This document shows positions 15,822 to 20,000 of a DNA stretch of 20,000 nucleotides, one piece after another (position 1 is the stretch's first letter; every line of letters starts with the position of its first letter). A program made the position numbers and the translations under genes. This DNA is from an uncultured virus (IMG/VR IMGVR_UViG_3300046808_000578) (Duplodnaviria > Heunggongvirae > Uroviricota > Caudoviricetes): the IMG/VR virus record IMGVR_UViG_3300046808_000578; one strand, written 5' to 3'. Below the pieces are notes generated by a model that saw nothing but the letters and a program-made list of their open reading frames with translations, did not search any database and was not told where the DNA came from.

Positions 15822-15850
15822 TTGGCAACCCCTTTGGGGGAAGCTAAGCC
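15822..15850 (+). promoter_or_regulatory. Candidate promoter for the small-gene cluster
   Basis: TTGGCA-17 bp-TAAGCC in the divergent intergenic region, followed by hairpin CTGTCCG-cttc-CGGACAG and an AC-rich leader. Confidence 0.3.
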
Positions 15851-15908
15851 CCCTCTGTCCGCTTCCGGACAGCCTTTGTCCGCAACAACCAACCAACCAA
15901 CACACACC

Positions 15909-16235
15909 ATGAACACCGACCGCTTTTTCACCCCTGAAGTTACGTGGGTCCATGAGTTAATCCTGCGTGGCCGCACCCTTGACGGGTGCCACTATCTGGT
16001 CTGCGACCAGTTCACACCAGAGGAGGTAAACTCCTTTTGTCAGCAACTTCCACGTCACCGGGCGCGCCGCGTGAAGCGGCTTCTGCGGAAGATGGCCAGA
16101 CCCGTGTGGGCATCCACACGGAGCGGCGTGTGCTCGCACGCCGAGGTTGCGGGGGATGACCTGATCGAGGTCATCCAGCCCGGGCTCACATACCTCCAAG
16201 CGGAGGAGAACTGGACGTCTATTCTGTACTCCTGA
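15909..16235 (+). CDS. Hypothetical early-region protein
   Basis: ATG at 15909 after a (CAAC)n-CACACACC leader. Confidence 0.65.
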   Translation: MNTDRFFTPEVTWVHELILRGRTLDGCHYLVCDQFTPEEVNSFCQQLPRHRARRVKRLLRKMARPVWASTRSGVCSHAEVAGDDLIEVIQPGLTYLQAEENWTSILYS

Positions 16236-16251
16236 GTTAACACAACCAACC

Positions 16252-16485
16252 ATGAACACAACCAACGCATACACAACCCCGACTACGGGGTTGTTTGTCA
16301 TCGTAACCGGGGGCGCTGCCCCACTGGAGTTTCCCCCGGGCTACCCGGCCCGTGTTGAGGATGGTCGCCTCATCGTCCATGACGAGGACCGTGGCGAAGC
16401 CCGTGTCGTCCTCGTCGTCCCTGAGGGGGGATGGTGCTCACCCTCTGCGTGGCGGAACCAACCAACACAACCAACACAACCATGA
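16252..16485 (+). CDS. Hypothetical early-region protein
   Basis: ATG after AACACAACCAACC leader; ATGA overlap with the next gene. Confidence 0.6.
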   Translation: MNTTNAYTTPTTGLFVIVTGGAAPLEFPPGYPARVEDGRLIVHDEDRGEARVVLVVPEGGWCSPSAWRNQPTQPTQP

Positions 16486-16715
16486 ACAAATACCAAAAGC
16501 GTATCACGTACCCAAACGGGTACACCGCATCCATCGTCTGCCACTCGTTCTCCTACGGAGGGCACGAGGGCCTCTTCGAGGTCGCCGTGCTCGTAGGGGA
16601 GTCCCTCCATTACGACAACCCTGTAGCCCGGGGAGACGTCCTCGGGAATCTGGACTTCGCCGAAGTCGCCGAAGTCCTTGCGAGGATTGCTGCCCTGCCG
16701 CCAGTCAACCCCTAA
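16482..16715 (+). CDS. Small conserved phage protein (YPNGYTASIV...SYGGHEGLFEVAVL type)
   Basis: ATG at 16482 after (CAACACAAC)x2; I recognise the motif from other phage hypothetical proteins. Confidence 0.8.
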   Translation: MNKYQKRITYPNGYTASIVCHSFSYGGHEGLFEVAVLVGESLHYDNPVARGDVLGNLDFAEVAEVLARIAALPPVNP

Positions 16716-16726
16716 CCCAACACGCC

Positions 16727-16897
16727 ATGAACACAACCCCATCGCCCACCGCATCCCGCCTCCTTGCCCTCATGGTCAAGGGGGGCCACCGGCTCACCGT
16801 ACACAGCAACAGGTTCCCCCGCCGGGGGAAGCACTACGTCCACGCCGTCGCAAAGGCGGCGGGCGTCCTGTCCCCCGCACCGAGGAGGGGCGAATGA
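16727..16897 (+). CDS. Small basic hypothetical protein (56 aa)
   Basis: ATG at 16727 after CCCAACACGCC leader; ATGA overlap with the next gene. Confidence 0.55.
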   Translation: MNTTPSPTASRLLALMVKGGHRLTVHSNRFPRRGKHYVHAVAKAAGVLSPAPRRGE

Positions 16898-17103
16898 GTC
16901 GCCCGAAACCAACGCCGCAGCAGGTAGCGGAGTGGGTAGTGGACGCCCTGCTGCAAGTCTCAAACGCCCCCGAGACGGGGGATCAAGACGAGTTCCTCCG
17001 GGGACTCGTCAACCTCGGAAGTTTGGCTTGGTACCTTGCCGGGCCGGATACGAGATACATCAACGAAACTTGGAACGTAGTAATGAAAGCTTATGAGAAG
17101 TGA
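16894..17103 (+). CDS. Hypothetical protein (69 aa, MSRPKPTPQQ...)
   Basis: ATGA coupling, preceded by GAGGAGG. Confidence 0.6.
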   Translation: MSRPKPTPQQVAEWVVDALLQVSNAPETGDQDEFLRGLVNLGSLAWYLAGPDTRYINETWNVVMKAYEK

Positions 17104-17236
17104 ATTGGTAGACGAACACAACGCCGCCCTACGAAGGGCAAGGGCCCTCGCCCGGTTTGACTGGTGTCTGGACCGAGTCCTGTGGATGGGACTCGGTATG
17201 TTGGCAATGGTGATCGCGGAGATTCTGTTCCTATGA
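17093..17236 (+). CDS. Small membrane protein (47 aa; not in ORF track)
   Basis: MRSELVDEHNAALRRARALARFDWCLDRVLWMGLGMLAMVIAEILFL; overlaps both neighbours; C-terminal hydrophobic helix. Confidence 0.55.
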   Translation: MRSELVDEHNAALRRARALARFDWCLDRVLWMGLGMLAMVIAEILFL

Positions 17237-17331
17237 TCGCCAACCTCTTCGCGTTGTCCGGCCCCATCGGGATCGCCGGACTCATCGTATTGGCAATGTG
17301 GCTCCGTGAAACCGGAGCCGCGTTACTCTGA
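17233..17331 (+). CDS. Small membrane peptide (32 aa; not in ORF track)
   Basis: ATGA coupling; MIANLFALSGPIGIAGLIVLAMWLRETGAALL; stop lies inside the CTGAAACCCTG repeat. Confidence 0.5.
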   Translation: MIANLFALSGPIGIAGLIVLAMWLRETGAALL

Positions 17332-17367
17332 AACCCTGAAACCTTGATTAGAAACAAAAAACATATG
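17328..17367 (+). repeat. Intergenic repeat copy 1 (CTGAAACCCTG plus 28-bp leader)
   Basis: AACCTTGATTAGAAACAAAAAACATATG at 17340-17367 is identical to 18119-18146. Confidence 0.9.
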
Positions 17368-17679
17368 GAAACACCACAAGCAATACCAACCGAACTCATG
17401 GAAAAACTCCGCGCCGCTGGCGTGGAATCCTTCACCCTCTCGTTCTGGGGAGGTTCGGACGAGGGATACCTGTACCTCGTCGGAATACCGTATGAACTGG
17501 AGAAGGCGGTCGAGGACTGGGCATGGCGGGCATACCAGTACTCCGGTGCCGGGGACGGAGAAAACTATGGTGACGACATCACCTACAACCTCAAGGATGG
17601 AACGGTTAAGTGCTCCGACTGGTACATGGAGAGGCAAGAGGGGGACACAGAAACCCATATGCTGGAGGGGCTGGAATGA
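17365..17679 (+). CDS. DUF6878-like acidic protein
   Basis: LRAAGVESFTLSFWGGSDEG motif; adjacent to a DUF6915-like gene, a pairing I recall from other mobile elements. Confidence 0.6.
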   Translation: METPQAIPTELMEKLRAAGVESFTLSFWGGSDEGYLYLVGIPYELEKAVEDWAWRAYQYSGAGDGENYGDDITYNLKDGTVKCSDWYMERQEGDTETHMLEGLE

Positions 17680-18044
17680 CTCCGTACAAACACGCTCAAA
17701 GCTCCGCCTCCAAGTGGGGCGGAGAACCGGAGGACTACATCCTCCTTCACGACTGGTTCGATGAAACCAAGTCGTACACCGGAGACTGGACTCACCGTGC
17801 CTTGCGTCACCATTCCGCCGGGGTGCAGTGGGCCATCGAAAAGTTCGGGCACACCATCCTGAACAGTCGAGGGCAGAAGATCCCCACCAAAGTGCTGGCA
17901 GAGCAGCACTTGATGGAAGACTGCGGATTCATACCTACCCCCGCGCATTGGCTGGGCGTCCTCAGCAAACACCCGGATGAGTGGATGCTGCGGGTTGGTA
18001 AGACCCGCACCACCACGCTGGAAGTGGGTGAGTCCAAGCCCTGA
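17676..18044 (+). CDS. DUF6915-like His-rich protein
   Basis: PYKHAQSSASKWGGEPEDYILLHDWFDETK...HRALRHHSAG...AEQHLMEDCGFIPT; ATGA coupling at 17676. Confidence 0.8.
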   Translation: MTPYKHAQSSASKWGGEPEDYILLHDWFDETKSYTGDWTHRALRHHSAGVQWAIEKFGHTILNSRGQKIPTKVLAEQHLMEDCGFIPTPAHWLGVLSKHPDEWMLRVGKTRTTTLEVGESKP

Positions 18045-18146
18045 AACCCTGAACCCCTGCATCCCTGCGGCCCAGTGTCACAGGGGTGCAGCCTTCAGGG
18101 CTTAGCTCATGGTGAGCTAACCTTGATTAGAAACAAAAAACATATG
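18036..18146 (+). repeat. Intergenic repeat copy 2 (long hairpin, short hairpin and 28-bp leader)
   Basis: AAGCCCTGAA/TTCAGGGCTT (18036-18045/18094-18103), inner CTGCATCCCTG/CAGGGGTGCAG, then TTAGCTCA-tgg-TGAGCTAA. Confidence 0.85.
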
Positions 18147-18485
18147 AAACCACTGAAACAACTCATCGAAGCCCGGGTCTGCCCGGCCACCACAGAAACC
18201 GGCGCCAGCGCCCGTGTCAGGGTCCGTGTCCGCGGGCCCAAAGGAATAAAATTCTACCCGTATACCTACGAGGTGGACGACGAAGCCCGCCATGCGGCGG
18301 AGAGGTACGCTGAGATGGTGCTGGGTGAAGAAGTCGTGGAGGAAGTGGACGCGCCCCACGTCCCGGGCGGCGTGCGGTACTTCACCGCCACCATAACGTA
18401 CGCAACGCCGGAATCGTTCGCGTCTGGGTTGCCGCCCAAGGTAGTGGCGGCGTTGCTGCATCAGATTATTAACGGTGAACCCTGA
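18144..18485 (+). CDS. Hypothetical protein (113 aa)
   Basis: ATG supplied by the repeated 28-bp leader; CPATTETGASARVRV motif; stop inside the next repeat. Confidence 0.7.
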   Translation: MKPLKQLIEARVCPATTETGASARVRVRVRGPKGIKFYPYTYEVDDEARHAAERYAEMVLGEEVVEEVDAPHVPGGVRYFTATITYATPESFASGLPPKVVAALLHQIINGEP

Positions 18486-18535
18486 AACCCTGTCGCCCTG
18501 TAACGGGGCGGCAGTCTTCAGGGCTTAACCTGAAA
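18480..18535 (+). repeat. Intergenic repeat copy 3 (long hairpin)
   Basis: CCCTGAA/TTCAGGG (18480-18486/18517-18523), inner CTGTCGCCCTG/CGGGGCGGCAG; same outer arms as copy 2. Confidence 0.85.
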
Positions 18536-18554
18536 CGCAACAACACAACAACCT

Positions 18555-19040
18555 ATGATCAGAAACCTTAAAGAGTTCTTGGCTTACCTCGACGCTGATA
18601 CCCCGTGGGACGCGGGGCTTATACTGTACGACAAGTACGAGTGCGGGCCGTGGTTGACATTCGTTGGGGGCTCGGTCCCCTTTGATTACAAGTGGGCCAG
18701 CAGCCTGACTGAGTGCGATGGAGTGCAAGTCGGATCCATCGTGGAAGGATCCGATGCCGAGGTGACTCGGTCTCCGCTTTGGTTTCCGTTCAGCCGCCAG
18801 CTTTTTGAAGCCTACGTGCAGGACATCAATGACGAGGCTTGCCAACTGTGGGATGAAGCGAATGAGTTGACAGAGGAGTCAACACCCAGTATTAGAAAAG
18901 AACTGAACAAGTACGCATTAACGTACCTGTTGAGTAACCTCGGAGCCCCCGGGGTGATGAAAGACCTGAAAGGGTACGCCCCCAATTCCACCCGGAAGGG
19001 TATTGAATCGGAGCTCTGGGGCATGATCAACGAAGCATAA
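18555..19040 (+). CDS. Hypothetical protein (161 aa)
   Basis: ATG after ACAACACAACAACCT leader; KYECGPW and VGSIVEGSDAEV motifs. Confidence 0.75.
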   Translation: MIRNLKEFLAYLDADTPWDAGLILYDKYECGPWLTFVGGSVPFDYKWASSLTECDGVQVGSIVEGSDAEVTRSPLWFPFSRQLFEAYVQDINDEACQLWDEANELTEESTPSIRKELNKYALTYLLSNLGAPGVMKDLKGYAPNSTRKGIESELWGMINEA

Positions 19041-19057
19041 AACAACAACAACACACC

Positions 19058-20000
19058 ATGGAAGAACACCAACAACCCGCCCTCGTGGCGGATAGCGTGA
19101 TGGTCCGCGTTACCTGCGGGTCATTCAACCCGCAGGTAAAACACAAAGGCGAGTCCGCCAAAGTCGTTGCATCAGCAGCGGCATCGAAGGACGCCGCCCG
19201 CGTCATCTGCAGCCCGATCCCCAAGGAATGGGCGCAACCCTTGGAGAACATCCAAGCCCGCGCCCGTGCTTGGCGTGATCGCCATGCCTCCCCGTGGGAC
19301 GGGGACTGGTACATCATGAATGCGGAACTCTTGCCGGAGTTCCTCGATGGCATGAATACCATCGTGGACGAGTTCAGGGCAGTGCTCGCCAATCAGATGG
19401 ATGAGTACCCGAACATCGTTGCTAAGGCAAAGGCCACCCGCATGGGGGGCCTGTACCGGGACGACCAGTATCCCTCCGCTGAGGTGGCAGCGGGGAGATG
19501 GGTTCTTGACTGGGGTGTGGAGCCCCTGAACCTGCAGAAACCGGACTTCAGGGTCCAGTGCTCTGCGTCCCAGCTAAACCAGTTGCGGACCAAGTACGAG
19601 ATCCGCATCAAGGACAGCCTCAAGGTTCTTGAGGCTAGTCTGTACGATAGGTTGGCCAAGGCAGCGGGGGCTTGTTGCATCCCGCTCCGCCCGGATGCCG
19701 AGCGAATAAAGTCTAGCGTGTTCGATACGCTAGGTGAACTGGTTGACATGGAGCCGCAGTTGAACCTCGGTAATGCTCCTGAGGTACATGAGGCTTACCG
19801 GAGGGCCGACAAGATTTTCTTGTCCCGCCCTGTGAACACCCTTCGGGACGACGACAATCTCCGGGCTTCGGTGTACCAAGCGGGCATCAAGTTCGTCACC
19901 AGTCTCCCGGGGTGGGAGGATGCCCTCTCCAATTCCAGATTCGTGCCCATCATGCCGGATCTGGTCAAGGTAGCGGGGCCCACCCCCGAGCCCACACCTG
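19058..20000 (+). CDS. DUF3150-like phage protein (partial, runs off the right edge; not in ORF track)
   Basis: Manual translation from ATG 19058 (MEEHQQPALVADSVMVRV...HASPWDGDWYIM...MGGLYRDDQYPSAE...DFRV) appears open to the window end; family recalled from the PW and G.LY....YP motifs. Confidence 0.65.
   Translation, partial: MEEHQQPALVADSVMVRVTCGSFNPQVKHKGESAKVVASAAASKDAARVICSPIPKEWAQPLENIQARARAWRDRHASPWDGDWYIMNAELLPEFLDGMNTIVDEFRAVLANQMDEYPNIVAKAKATRMGGLYRDDQYPSAEVAAGRWVLDWGVEPLNLQKPDFRVQCSASQLNQLRTKYEIRIKDSLKVLEASLYDRLAKAAGACCIPLRPDAERIKSSVFDTLGELVDMEPQLNLGNAPEVHEAYRRADKIFLSRPVNTLRDDDNLRASVYQAGIKFVTSLPGWEDALSNSRFVPIMPDLVKVAGPTPEPTP

Larger units (their letters stand above)
1..20000. mobile_element. 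Segment of a tailed bacteriophage genome or prophage (packaging, integration, replication and early-type modules)
   Basis: TerL, TerS-like, tyrosine recombinase, PolA, primase-helicase, resolvase and dense small hypothetical ORFs; no host housekeeping genes seen. Confidence 0.95.

Noticed and set aside
17328..18535. Canonical integron attC sites
   Set aside because: The hairpins lack RYYYAAC/GTTRRRY core ends and I see no IntI-specific insertion in the recombinase; kept only as an analogy
19027..19995. Three minus-strand ORFs in the track
   Set aside because: Antisense shadows of the plus-strand ORF starting at 19058 that runs off the window

Overview
The whole window reads as part of a tailed dsDNA phage (or prophage) genome, with no host housekeeping genes. 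From left to right: (i) a terminase large subunit on the minus strand running off the left edge (absent from the ORF track); (ii) a divergent, largely translationally coupled plus-strand module encoding a tyrosine recombinase, an excisionase-like HTH, a RuvC-like resolvase, an SF2 helicase fused to a Cas4-like PD-(D/E)XK nuclease, a putative ssDNA-binding protein, an Nmad1/DUF1599 protein, a family A DNA polymerase (Leu762 type), a GT-B glycosyltransferase and a primase-helicase; (iii) about 1.1 kb of non-coding DNA with an origin-like repeat block, a possible packaging/terminus site and an approximately 500-nt highly structured RNA preceded by a promoter-like sequence and a boxB/boxA-like signal; (iv) a GC-richer early-type region of small genes with AC-rich, Shine-Dalgarno-less leaders and repeated intergenic hairpin cassettes, interrupted by an isolated minus-strand terminase small subunit-like gene. 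The best candidates for something new are two RNA elements: the large structured RNA at about 14275-14785, and a 126-nt multibranch RNA upstream of polA whose exposed loop is complementary to the CAACACAAC leaders of several phage genes. All family assignments come from motif recognition by eye; no searches or folding programs were run.
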